A stretch of DNA of 35,455 bases, taken from positions 1 through 35,455 of the IMG/VR virus record IMGVR_UViG_3300046779_001625. One strand, given 5' to 3'. This stretch comes from a virus (taxonomy: Duplodnaviria; Caudoviricetes). Every line of letters begins with the position of its first letter. Position 1 is the first letter of the stretch. Made by a program: the position numbers and the translations under genes. Positions 27,407 to 35,455 of the stretch are shown in pieces. The notes beneath the pieces were generated by a model, which saw nothing but the letters and a program-made list of their open reading frames with translations, had not been told where the DNA came from and ran no database searches.

Positions 27407-29056
27407 ATGTTTAAAATTTATATAGGTTGGGACTCTAGAGAACCTGAAGCCGCAGAAGTCTGTCGTCATAGTATCCTAAAGCATAGTACCATACCAGTTC
27501 AAATTGAATTTTTAAAACAAGATGTGTTGCGCGAGCAAAAACATTACTGGCGTGCAGTCGATGAACAAGCCAGTACTGAATTTTCTTTGACTAGATTTTT
27601 AGTGCCACATCTCAATGGATACTCGGGTCCAGCTGTGTTTGTTGATTGTGATTTTGTATTTGTTTCAGATGTGCGTGAGCTTTTTCAAAATATCAATTCA
27701 AAACATGCGGTACATGTAGTCAAACACCAATATAAACCCAAACAAGACACAAAAATGGATGGTAAGCAACAACATCAATATCCAAGGAAGAACTGGAGTA
27801 GCTTAATGTTGTTTAACTGCGCACATCCAAACTGTCAAACTCTAACTCCCGAATTAGTCAATACCAAATCGCCAGCGTATTTGCATCGATTTGAATGGGC
27901 AGACGGACTAGCAATTGGTGGCTTGAGTCCTGAATGGAATTGGCTGGTAAATTGGTATCATGAACCCGATGATGGCAAGCCCAAGGCCATACATTATACC
28001 GAAGGCGGCCCTTGGTTTGAAAACTATAGACATTGCGAATATGGCTGGTACTATGCCGAAGCGTTTCATAGCTGGAAACAAAGCCAACAATTAGTTCCGC
28101 AGCCTAGGGCTTTTGATAATATACCACCTGAACTTGCAGAAATCTTTGAAAAAATTATTCAATATAGAATTGACCCAACTGGACAATATTACAAGGACAA
28201 CGGGTTAAAGCCACTTATACAAAGTATAGAAAAACTAAACAATCAAGCTGCTGTGGCAGTGGAGGCAGATACCGTGGACGAAGCCAGCAACAAACTAGAA
28301 GCCAAAGGACAGGACTATGACCCGTTCCTAAAAAGTTTTATTTTGGGATCCGGAGGACAAATATCAGTCTGGGACCGAACCAACAAAGACACAATGCCCG
28401 TGGTACTTAGGGGAGTGACCAAACGCAAGCACATGGATGCTTGTCGTGAAGCCAAGAGAGACTTTTATTATATTGACACAGGCTACTTTGGCAACGGCCG
28501 TAAAAAAACTTTTCATCGTATTACAAAGAATGACATGCAATATCTTGGCGACGTCAAACATCGTTCAAGAGATCGATTAGCTGCAACCGGCTATCAAGCC
28601 AGAAAGTTTAGACCTGGTGCTAATATTTTACTAGCTCCACCTAGTCAAAAGTTATTGATGTGTTATGGCATTGACCTTGACAAATGGTTAGAAGAAACAG
28701 TTAATACAATACGATTGTTTACCGATCGAGAAATTATAATTCGCAATAAACAGAGTCGTAGCGTCAGGCAGAGCAGTGATACAATGGAAATGGCACTGGA
28801 AAGAAACGTACATTGTCTAGTAACGTTTAGTAGCATTGCAGCAGTTGAAGCAATACTGTTGGGTAAACCAGCTATCACGCTTGGTCCCAGTGCAGCTGGT
28901 CCAATAACATCTCATGAATTAAGTGAAATTGAAAATCCTTATATTCCCACTCTTGATGAAGTAGAAGAATGGGCAGCGCATTTGGCCTATTGCCAATTCA
29001 CCGAAGCTGAAATGCGTGACGGTACTGCTTGGCGCATTCTAAACGAAGATGCATGA
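27407..29056 (+). CDS. Two-domain glycosyltransferase: GT8-like (GT-A) plus capsule-synthesis-like (GT-B)
   Basis: N-half IYIGWDSRE, STEFSLTRF, DCD, YPRKNWSSLMLFNC, HYTEGGPWF; C-half YIDTGYF, VTFSSIAAVEAILLGKP. Confidence 0.78.
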   Translation: MFKIYIGWDSREPEAAEVCRHSILKHSTIPVQIEFLKQDVLREQKHYWRAVDEQASTEFSLTRFLVPHLNGYSGPAVFVDCDFVFVSDVRELFQNINSKHAVHVVKHQYKPKQDTKMDGKQQHQYPRKNWSSLMLFNCAHPNCQTLTPELVNTKSPAYLHRFEWADGLAIGGLSPEWNWLVNWYHEPDDGKPKAIHYTEGGPWFENYRHCEYGWYYAEAFHSWKQSQQLVPQPRAFDNIPPELAEIFEKIIQYRIDPTGQYYKDNGLKPLIQSIEKLNNQAAVAVEADTVDEASNKLEAKGQDYDPFLKSFILGSGGQISVWDRTNKDTMPVVLRGVTKRKHMDACREAKRDFYYIDTGYFGNGRKKTFHRITKNDMQYLGDVKHRSRDRLAATGYQARKFRPGANILLAPPSQKLLMCYGIDLDKWLEETVNTIRLFTDREIIIRNKQSRSVRQSSDTMEMALERNVHCLVTFSSIAAVEAILLGKPAITLGPSAAGPITSHELSEIENPYIPTLDEVEEWAAHLAYCQFTEAEMRDGTAWRILNEDA

Positions 29057-29948
29057 CGTTGTAGTTTATTTCAGTAGTTTACAAAAGCAAACGCCCAGTA
29101 GAAAAATTGATGTACTACAAGCCTTTGCCGATGGTGCACGATCGCAAGGAGCGTCGGTTCACATTGAAACTTCTTACAATGTAAAACCAGCTAGGCTTGC
29201 TGTGATATTAGGATGGCCAAGTCCTTTGCAAGATGGACCCAATATACGTTTGCGACAAGCTGTAGTTAAAGAACAAAAAAGATCTAATAACCATGTCATG
29301 GCCATAGATGCATCAACATTTAAATTTCATGATCCTGAAGGCAAATATCTTAGATATAGTCTCAATGGAGTTTTTTATGACACTGCTGAATATGCCAATA
29401 AAAACAGTGATGCACACCGTTGGACAACAATAAAGAACGATCTACAACTTGAAATGCAGCCCTGGCGAAACCGCGGCAGCTATGTTTTATTGTTAATGCA
29501 ACGAGATGGAGGTTGGTCAATGAAGGGCATGAATCCTATAGAATGGGTTCAAACCAAGATTCACGAAGTTCGTGCAGTAAGTACACTGCCTATTATGGTA
29601 CGTCCTCATCCAGGCAAAAAAATTGATTTGACTCCACTATCAAGGTACGGAGTAATGCTAAGTCCGAGTAAACTTCGATCTCTTTATGACGATTTATCTG
29701 ATGCCCAGTCAGCTTGTGTGTTTAATTCTAGTTCAGGTGTGGCGTCAATACTCGCCGGAGTACCTCTAGTTGTTGATGATCAAAGCTCAGTGTGTTGGGA
29801 CGTTGCTCTACACGACATCAATCGCATTCGGGAACCAGAATTCTTTCCAAGAGAACAATGGATACAAGATCTAGCAGCATGCCATTGGAGTGACGATGAA
29901 AGCCGCCGTGGTCTAGTATACCAAAAGTTTATTCCTTATCTTCAGTAG
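29049..29948 (+). CDS. Capsule-synthesis-like (KpsS/KpsC-like) glycosyltransferase
   Basis: VRPHP, VFNSSSGVASILAGVP, REQW..DLA..HW...E; paralogous to the C-half of the upstream gene. Confidence 0.65.
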   Translation: MHDVVVYFSSLQKQTPSRKIDVLQAFADGARSQGASVHIETSYNVKPARLAVILGWPSPLQDGPNIRLRQAVVKEQKRSNNHVMAIDASTFKFHDPEGKYLRYSLNGVFYDTAEYANKNSDAHRWTTIKNDLQLEMQPWRNRGSYVLLLMQRDGGWSMKGMNPIEWVQTKIHEVRAVSTLPIMVRPHPGKKIDLTPLSRYGVMLSPSKLRSLYDDLSDAQSACVFNSSSGVASILAGVPLVVDDQSSVCWDVALHDINRIREPEFFPREQWIQDLAACHWSDDESRRGLVYQKFIPYLQ

Positions 29949-30606
29949 GTTTTTTAAGCTTCCACCAAGCAACAGCAGCATCGGCTTTTTTATACTGTGA
30001 CACAAAGTCGTAAGTAATACGCCACTCATCGGGATGCGGATACGGATGTCGGATCAAAGGCATATGAGTTCTTACTGTGTATGCTCGAGTATCCGGGGTC
30101 ATAAGAAGTCTGTAGGTTCGGTTACCGCTTTTGAGTTTTTTAATGTTTTGTCCATCCCAGAGTTGTTGATCAGTGGGATTGATACGTTCGCGATTGGCGC
30201 ATATTACAAAGTCCTGTACCTTGGGATATCCTTGTGCATCAATACGATTGTATGTTTCGGCAAAATCAGTGACCAACTCCATACCTATGTAACTAAGATC
30301 TTGTTGGCCATCAACAATCATTTGCATTTCTCGTGCCACTACATCAGCAGCAGCATCACTGAGCCATATGTCAGTTCGCATTTTGATTATGTACTTTTCT
30401 GGTACAAGATTCAATGCTTTGTAAAAGTCCCAGACTTGGATCACTCCAGCTAGATCACTGGGACAGTTACGTGGCCAGGCCCGATTCCAGGTGTAGTCAT
30501 AAATTTGTATGGGCCAATTCGTTCGCAATAAAGGCCACAGTTTTTCGTGATTTGCACGTCCAATGTCAGTAAATCTTGGTTCGCCTATGTAAAATATACC
30601 TATCAT
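29929..30606 (-). CDS. Putative glycosyltransferase-like protein (paralog 2)
   Basis: Start reassigned to 30606 (ATGA overlap); IFYIGEPR, QVWDF, KMRTDIW, VQDF. Confidence 0.5.
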   Translation of the reverse strand: MIGIFYIGEPRFTDIGRANHEKLWPLLRTNWPIQIYDYTWNRAWPRNCPSDLAGVIQVWDFYKALNLVPEKYIIKMRTDIWLSDAAADVVAREMQMIVDGQQDLSYIGMELVTDFAETYNRIDAQGYPKVQDFVICANRERINPTDQQLWDGQNIKKLKSGNRTYRLLMTPDTRAYTVRTHMPLIRHPYPHPDEWRITYDFVSQYKKADAAVAWWKLKKPTEDKE

Positions 30607-31445
30607 GGTTTTTGCCAATCCCACCAACGTTGAACTTCAATTTCTTTTGGTTCCCACCCCTGACACTGTCGCCACCAATTCACAGCATCTTGCATTGGAT
30701 GAGGTACTTGTAAATTTTTCTTGCCGGCTTTGGCTTTGTCGTCAACAATATAACTTTGAATATAATCTCTTACTACGGTATTATCTGTTGGGTAATCACC
30801 GTAGTCTTGTCTAACAAGCCACAATTGACACAGTATTCTATGAGCACGACTAATTTGCTCAAGTCCATCCATTTTTAAAATATATCTAAAAAGTTTATTG
30901 CCACTGCGTCGTTTATTTGGATTCAATGCATTAATGTCATTGATCACAGTGTTTAAATCTTTGATACCATCGCGTCGAGCCGCAATTACAAAGTCTTGCA
31001 CATGTGGATCTCTATGTATGTTTACAGGTAATTTCATGTTGATCATGCCAACAGATTCATTTAGCCAATCACTACCAAAGTACGCTACGTCAGTGTTGTT
31101 GTTGATTAATAATTGAATTTCATCGCAAATTACGTCAATACTTGAATCATTAAACCAAAGATCAGTTCTTAAACGAATAACCACCGGTTCTTCAGTACGT
31201 GCGACTCCGCGCATAAAATCCCAGACTTGTACTGCTCCTCCAAAGCCGCGACGATAGATATTATCAGGATCAGCTTGCTCAGGAGGTGGATCATAGGGGC
31301 ACTGACCTCGATCAGGATCGTTTCTAGTAAAGTCATAGACACGATATTCACCGATCTTTGAAACAGCATCTAGAAATTTTTGATGATTTTTTCTAGCGAC
31401 ATTTTGATTATGTCTTATGTCTCCTGTATAAAAAACTGCTATCAC
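30603..31445 (-). CDS. Putative glycosyltransferase-like protein (paralog 1)
   Basis: VFYTGDIR, QVWDF, RLRTDLW, VQDF; the RxD motif recalls WavE-like GT-A proteins. Confidence 0.5.
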   Translation of the reverse strand: MIAVFYTGDIRHNQNVARKNHQKFLDAVSKIGEYRVYDFTRNDPDRGQCPYDPPPEQADPDNIYRRGFGGAVQVWDFMRGVARTEEPVVIRLRTDLWFNDSSIDVICDEIQLLINNNTDVAYFGSDWLNESVGMINMKLPVNIHRDPHVQDFVIAARRDGIKDLNTVINDINALNPNKRRSGNKLFRYILKMDGLEQISRAHRILCQLWLVRQDYGDYPTDNTVVRDYIQSYIVDDKAKAGKKNLQVPHPMQDAVNWWRQCQGWEPKEIEVQRWWDWQKP

Positions 31446-32464
31446 AAAAAGTCTCCTATAGTATCGCTGTCTCTGGGAATGTTCACAGCTATAGCTCTGG
31501 GATAAGGATTGGCAGTGTTGTAATCGTTTATTAATATACGTTTGACATTCTTTAATCCAGTGATCAAAGTAAAATCTCTAAATCCCAGGGCTTCAAGCAT
31601 GGCGTGGATTTCATTATATCTTTCTGTAGGTCTTGCTGTGGTAAACACCAGTTGCGAACCTTGCGCAACCATATCTTGTATTAACTTGATATTCTTAACC
31701 AGCGGCACAGGCGACTCACCAAATTCTTCTCGGGCCTGTGCATGTACAATGGTTCCGTCAATGTCACAGAATATCACAGCCAAATCATTGTAGGCGTGCC
31801 ATTCTTCAGCAGTGCCAACATCAACATATTGATCCACAGTTTCAGCAAAAAACATATGATTCTGCGCCAGACATTGTTTTATAACGTGACTGACAAATAC
31901 TTCGCCTGGATGATTACTCAGTTCGTCGTAGGCTTTGACAAACATTGCAGCACTGGCAAATTTGTAACCACCCACACAAAACAGTTCACTGATGATTTGT
32001 TTTTCAGCAATGTGCGTAATGACATCTTGGGTATCAACACGAACAAAACTCTTGCTGGCCAATCGTTTTAAAATTTCATGTTGGGCAATATTGCTGACAC
32101 ACACATAGTTGCCGGGTGGATTATTGTGAGAGAAAAAGCTATCGCAGTCTTTGATCAGTATTTCGCTGCTGGGATCAATGTTAGTTCTGGCAATAATCTC
32201 ACGAACTGTGTGGGCCGGACCTGTAGTGGGTTCATCTAATATCACAGGATTGACGTGATCGCCATATTTCTCTCTAAGATACCTCAACACCGGATAAGAT
32301 TCAACATGTTGCTTTAGAACCCCAACGGTTACGCGATATTGGCCCACATACTGCTCAATTGCCCGTTCAATCATCATTGAACCACTATGATCAGTGAGTG
32401 TGTATTTTGGTCTCATGCCAGGAAAGCGTGTGCTTAGTCCAGCAGCTGGTACAATTATTTCCAT
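31442..32464 (-). CDS. Nucleotidyltransferase fused to a HAD-family phosphatase
   Basis: IVPAAGLSTRF...PK, DCD, EK, DVGT; then FCDIDGT, FTTAR, INDY. Confidence 0.85.
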   Translation of the reverse strand: MEIIVPAAGLSTRFPGMRPKYTLTDHSGSMMIERAIEQYVGQYRVTVGVLKQHVESYPVLRYLREKYGDHVNPVILDEPTTGPAHTVREIIARTNIDPSSEILIKDCDSFFSHNNPPGNYVCVSNIAQHEILKRLASKSFVRVDTQDVITHIAEKQIISELFCVGGYKFASAAMFVKAYDELSNHPGEVFVSHVIKQCLAQNHMFFAETVDQYVDVGTAEEWHAYNDLAVIFCDIDGTIVHAQAREEFGESPVPLVKNIKLIQDMVAQGSQLVFTTARPTERYNEIHAMLEALGFRDFTLITGLKNVKRILINDYNTANPYPRAIAVNIPRDSDTIGDFL

Positions 32465-33201
32465 AAACGATTGATCTCTTTGCGTATAAATTTTTGTTCA
32501 GTACTTCCTTCGTTGCAATAACGATATACTCTCAGCAACATCAAAGTCAGTAATGCATGGTTATTGGCTATAGGCCAACGTTTTAATAAGGCTTGTTCGA
32601 TGTACATTAGTTTATCTTTGATGTCTACGTTAGAATCGCGAATGAACCAATAACAAGTAAGGTCCTGTCTAAGTTTACAGATATCAAAAATGTAACTATC
32701 CCAAATTCCTGTTTGCCCATCAATGGTAACAAACCCTTGCTGATCACTCCAAAGAATGTTCTCTAATGTCAGATCGCCATGATAGGGGCTACTTGGTATT
32801 TGAGCAGGGACTAATTTGAGTATTTGGTGTTCGTCAAAAGGAAATTCGTCAAGATTAATCAAATCTAAAAACTGAGCGATCATTGGACGATAGTCAACCA
32901 AACGTATAGTCATTGAGAACTTGGAGATCAGTGATTCTAAAAAATACAACAATGTATCGGGTTGTTTAGAATCTAAATAAGTTTTCATGTCCAACCCATC
33001 AATGTATTCCATGTCTATGGTGTCGTCAAACATGTGATATATTGCGGGCATTGGTATGTTTAGTGTTTTAAGTTGTTCATATTGGTTAAAGTTACGTGTG
33101 ACATTGCCTTGCTTGCGTACAAAAAAATGGTCGCGTTTGTTCATTAAGAAGATTCTACTTCCGCTATGACCTTGAAACTCTTTGACTATTTTTGCAGCCA
33201 T
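32455..33201 (-). CDS. APH/choline-kinase-like phosphotransferase
   Basis: GHSGS loop, VRK, MEYIDG, HGDLTLENI, TID, D..KL.QDL. Confidence 0.8.
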   Translation of the reverse strand: MAAKIVKEFQGHSGSRIFLMNKRDHFFVRKQGNVTRNFNQYEQLKTLNIPMPAIYHMFDDTIDMEYIDGLDMKTYLDSKQPDTLLYFLESLISKFSMTIRLVDYRPMIAQFLDLINLDEFPFDEHQILKLVPAQIPSSPYHGDLTLENILWSDQQGFVTIDGQTGIWDSYIFDICKLRQDLTCYWFIRDSNVDIKDKLMYIEQALLKRWPIANNHALLTLMLLRVYRYCNEGSTEQKFIRKEINRLWK

Positions 33202-33749
33202 TATTTTTCAGCAACCACTCTGCTGTCCATTTCACTTTTGGGGTATTGATTAGACTCACCCCAAGCACGATTAAAACCTAATTTTTTCAACAAGCGGCAC
33301 ATACTTTCTTCGCTGTATCCCCACTTGTGCAGCATCACAGGATCTTTGTATCTAGCAATATCGCCATAGATTCCGGCAACACTGCGCTTTTTTATACGTT
33401 TGTCTTCGCTCCATAACGAATCAGGATTTGACACAACATATTGGCACAACTTTAACAAGTCTGGCCATTCAAGTGCAAGACGACCACCAGGTTTTAACAC
33501 ACGCTGCCATTCTTGTATCATTCCTTCAACATGTCTTGGATTAATATGTTCAATTACATGCACTAGTAATATTTCGTCAACGGTGTTGTCAGCAACAGGT
33601 AATGCTGTGGTAATGTCGTGTATTATTACGTCAGGATCATTTTTCATATATTCACCGTCAACATTGATCCAACCTGGTAACTTTACACTACCACAGCCAA
33701 GGTGCAGGCGCACAGGTCCTTTACAATTGTCAACAGCTTGTTTAAGCAT
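33201..33749 (-). CDS. SAM-dependent methyltransferase
   Basis: LHLGCG, INVD, HVIEH, RVLKPGG...PD. Confidence 0.88.
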   Translation of the reverse strand: MLKQAVDNCKGPVRLHLGCGSVKLPGWINVDGEYMKNDPDVIIHDITTALPVADNTVDEILLVHVIEHINPRHVEGMIQEWQRVLKPGGRLALEWPDLLKLCQYVVSNPDSLWSEDKRIKKRSVAGIYGDIARYKDPVMLHKWGYSEESMCRLLKKLGFNRAWGESNQYPKSEMDSRVVAEK

Positions 33750-34353
33750 CTTTCTTTGTTCCTAACATCATTACCAATAGATATGGTATATATTTCTTTT
33801 GACTTCCATCATCATTGGTGTGTATAAGAGTCCACTTGCTGTCTCTTCCAATTTCTCCGCGACTGACCCAACGTACATCCCCACCTTGTTCTCCGGCATA
33901 GGCAAAGTTGTCCCAGACAAAGTCCGGATACAGTATTTCAACGCCTCTATGACTAAATCTAAAATAGTCATCAGGATAGGCATGATAACGCCAGGCCCAA
34001 GGAACACTGACAAACAACTTGCCTCCGGGTCGGACTACTTCGGTGATTTTATCAGCCATGACCCAGGGCTTTGTGACATGCTCCATAACGCTACAACATA
34101 ATACCAAATCAAAAAAGTTTTTTGGTAAAGGGTTTTCATCTGCGGTTAAATCGCAAACATAATTGACATCGGGGCCTGGTTCAAGGTCTGTTCCAAAATA
34201 TTCAACCGTGTCGTTGTGCTGGCAATTTTCACAGGGTTCGGTAAAAAACTTTCTAAATCCTGTGGTGTTGAATCTTGCACCCACCTCTAAAATTCTTCCG
34301 TTGATTTTGCCCACAGTCTTTTTAACGTACAATAAATCATTAGGACTTCCCAT
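33742..34353 (-). CDS. SAM-dependent methyltransferase
   Basis: ILEVGA, GTD, FDLVLCCSVMEH, RPGG, HAYPDDYFRF. Confidence 0.88.
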   Translation of the reverse strand: MGSPNDLLYVKKTVGKINGRILEVGARFNTTGFRKFFTEPCENCQHNDTVEYFGTDLEPGPDVNYVCDLTADENPLPKNFFDLVLCCSVMEHVTKPWVMADKITEVVRPGGKLFVSVPWAWRYHAYPDDYFRFSHRGVEILYPDFVWDNFAYAGEQGGDVRWVSRGEIGRDSKWTLIHTNDDGSQKKYIPYLLVMMLGTKKDA

Positions 34354-35287
34354 TGATTACCTCCTGCCATTTTTGTGCAATTATCGCAGGGGTATAATGT
34401 TGCTGTACATAATTTTGTCCCTGTGCAATACGATCAACCGTTTTCCCTGGATGCTCACGAGCCCAACGAATTCCTTGTGTCCAGTCTTGTTGCCAGGTAT
34501 AAGGATCAAATTCAACGTAACTAGCTAATGGGGTAGTGATAACAAACTTGCCTGACATTATACCATCTATAAGTCTGTTGGCGCTTTTGGTTTCGGTACG
34601 ATAGTTGTCAGTAAACACCGGAATCAACACAATATCAGTTTCAGCCAATAGCCGTCCTTGCAAATCCCAATCCCATTCTAAAAAGTGCAATCGATCAAAA
34701 TTTACACCATGTATATGCCCACGCAATTGTCGCTCACGCATTTTATTGTGTATTCGGTCAGATTTGGCTGTGACCATTGTAAACTGATAGTTTTGAATGT
34801 CTCGTTCCAATTTCTGCCAAATCTCAACCCAAGGCACAAACTTAAGACTGGCGCTAGATCCAAACCACAGTAAATTAATATCCTTGCCCGGAGAAAACTT
34901 TGGTTCTAGTAACGGACGTTCTGTGGGATCAGGTATAACAACACTGGGCCGTCCGGTATTTTGACGTATACTAGTAGACATGGCCTCACTGTTGGCAGTA
35001 ACAATGTCAGCAACAGCACAACAGGGTTCGTATTCATCCTTTTCATCAAACTTGTTATCACAAACGTCATATATGGTCAAGGCACCCTGACTTTGTGCTT
35101 GGCGAATTTGATCGGGCTGAGATCCTTTGAGAAATACCACTGTGGTGTCGGCATTAACTGTAGGAAGGTCCCGGCTGCAAGTTGCTTGATAACCTAGATT
35201 GTTAAGTTCGGTGGCAATAAGGTCGCCGCGAAGTCTGTGACTGGCACGTTTGGTTTTAAATCGTGGACTAAAAAATAAAACGTTCAT
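34340..35287 (-). CDS. Glycosyltransferase (GT-B, GT4-like)
   Basis: Start reassigned to MNVLFF (35287); ASHRLRG, YDVCD, LWFGS, DIVLIP, KSANRL...G..VIT.P..SY. Confidence 0.7.
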   Translation of the reverse strand: MNVLFFSPRFKTKRASHRLRGDLIATELNNLGYQATCSRDLPTVNADTTVVFLKGSQPDQIRQAQSQGALTIYDVCDNKFDEKDEYEPCCAVADIVTANSEAMSTSIRQNTGRPSVVIPDPTERPLLEPKFSPGKDINLLWFGSSASLKFVPWVEIWQKLERDIQNYQFTMVTAKSDRIHNKMRERQLRGHIHGVNFDRLHFLEWDWDLQGRLLAETDIVLIPVFTDNYRTETKSANRLIDGIMSGKFVITTPLASYVEFDPYTWQQDWTQGIRWAREHPGKTVDRIAQGQNYVQQHYTPAIIAQKWQEVINGKS

Positions 35288-35454
35288 TTCAAGATCCTTA
35301 TAGCACATTGGAAGTAATTATTTCTAAACAATATTTCAAATTCACGATTGTTTTCTGCAGTCCATTCTTTGAGGGCCAGGTACTCATGCTCGGCCCAATT
35401 GGTGTATTCGTTAGGCCGTGCCCAATAATAAAATTCATCAAACACAATCACAGT
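35284..35454 (-). CDS. C-terminal fragment of a probable TylF/MycF-like O-methyltransferase (not in the ORF track)
   Basis: Manual translation TVIVFDEFYYWARPNEYTNWAEHEYLALKEW...CAIRILK*; ATGA overlap with the next gene; runs off the window end. Confidence 0.55.
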   Translation of the reverse strand, partial: TVIVFDEFYYWARPNEYTNWAEHEYLALKEWTAENNREFEILFRNNYFQCAIRILK

Positions 35455-35455
35455 G

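Noticed and set aside
776-35197. Many short alternative-frame or antisense ORFs in the track (e.g. 1229-1492, 8915-9310, 11425-11871, 14998-15330, 30034-30453)
   Set aside because: They lie inside well-supported genes, lack SDs and motifs, and look like shadows of codon bias.
1-35455. Stop-codon reassignment, tRNA genes, CRISPR arrays
   Set aside because: Core genes are full length in the standard code with TAA, TGA and TAG all used as stops; intergenic gaps are short and show no cloverleaf or repeat-spacer pattern by eye.
25131-35455. Glycan island as host chromosome flanking a prophage
   Set aside because: It overlaps uvsY directly, uses the phage TAAATA motif, has the same compact gene packing, and no integrase or att site is seen.

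Overview
Segment of a large T4-like myovirus (probably jumbo) phage genome, standard genetic code, almost entirely coding. 1-20.5 kb is mostly a late morphogenesis region: neck protein, a very large tail sheath, tail tube, tube-fold baseplate protein, gp4-like head completion nuclease, putative small terminase, a run of probable internal head proteins, a fibre-like protein, a signal-peptide nuclease and the large terminase. A DEDDh exonuclease, dNMP kinase and antisense HNH-like gene are interspersed. 20.6-25.1 kb is a recombination module (gp32 SSB, UvsX, UvsY) interrupted by three orphan ORFs. 25.1-35.5 kb is a >=10 kb two-armed convergent glycan synthesis/modification island (cupin, GalE-like epimerase, several glycosyltransferase-like proteins, kinase, nucleotidyltransferase-HAD fusion, three methyltransferases). 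Best leads: (1) probable capsid-packaged proteins with T4 CTS-like N-termini, including a 747-aa basic protein that looks like a protease-cleaved polyprotein of small modules; (2) the glycan island, part of it behind a late-type promoter, suggesting virion glycosylation; (3) TAAATA late promoters often built on the previous stop codon and placed to give near-leaderless mRNAs; (4) a structured, repeat-containing gp32 leader. All calls come from motif recognition by eye; no database searches were run.
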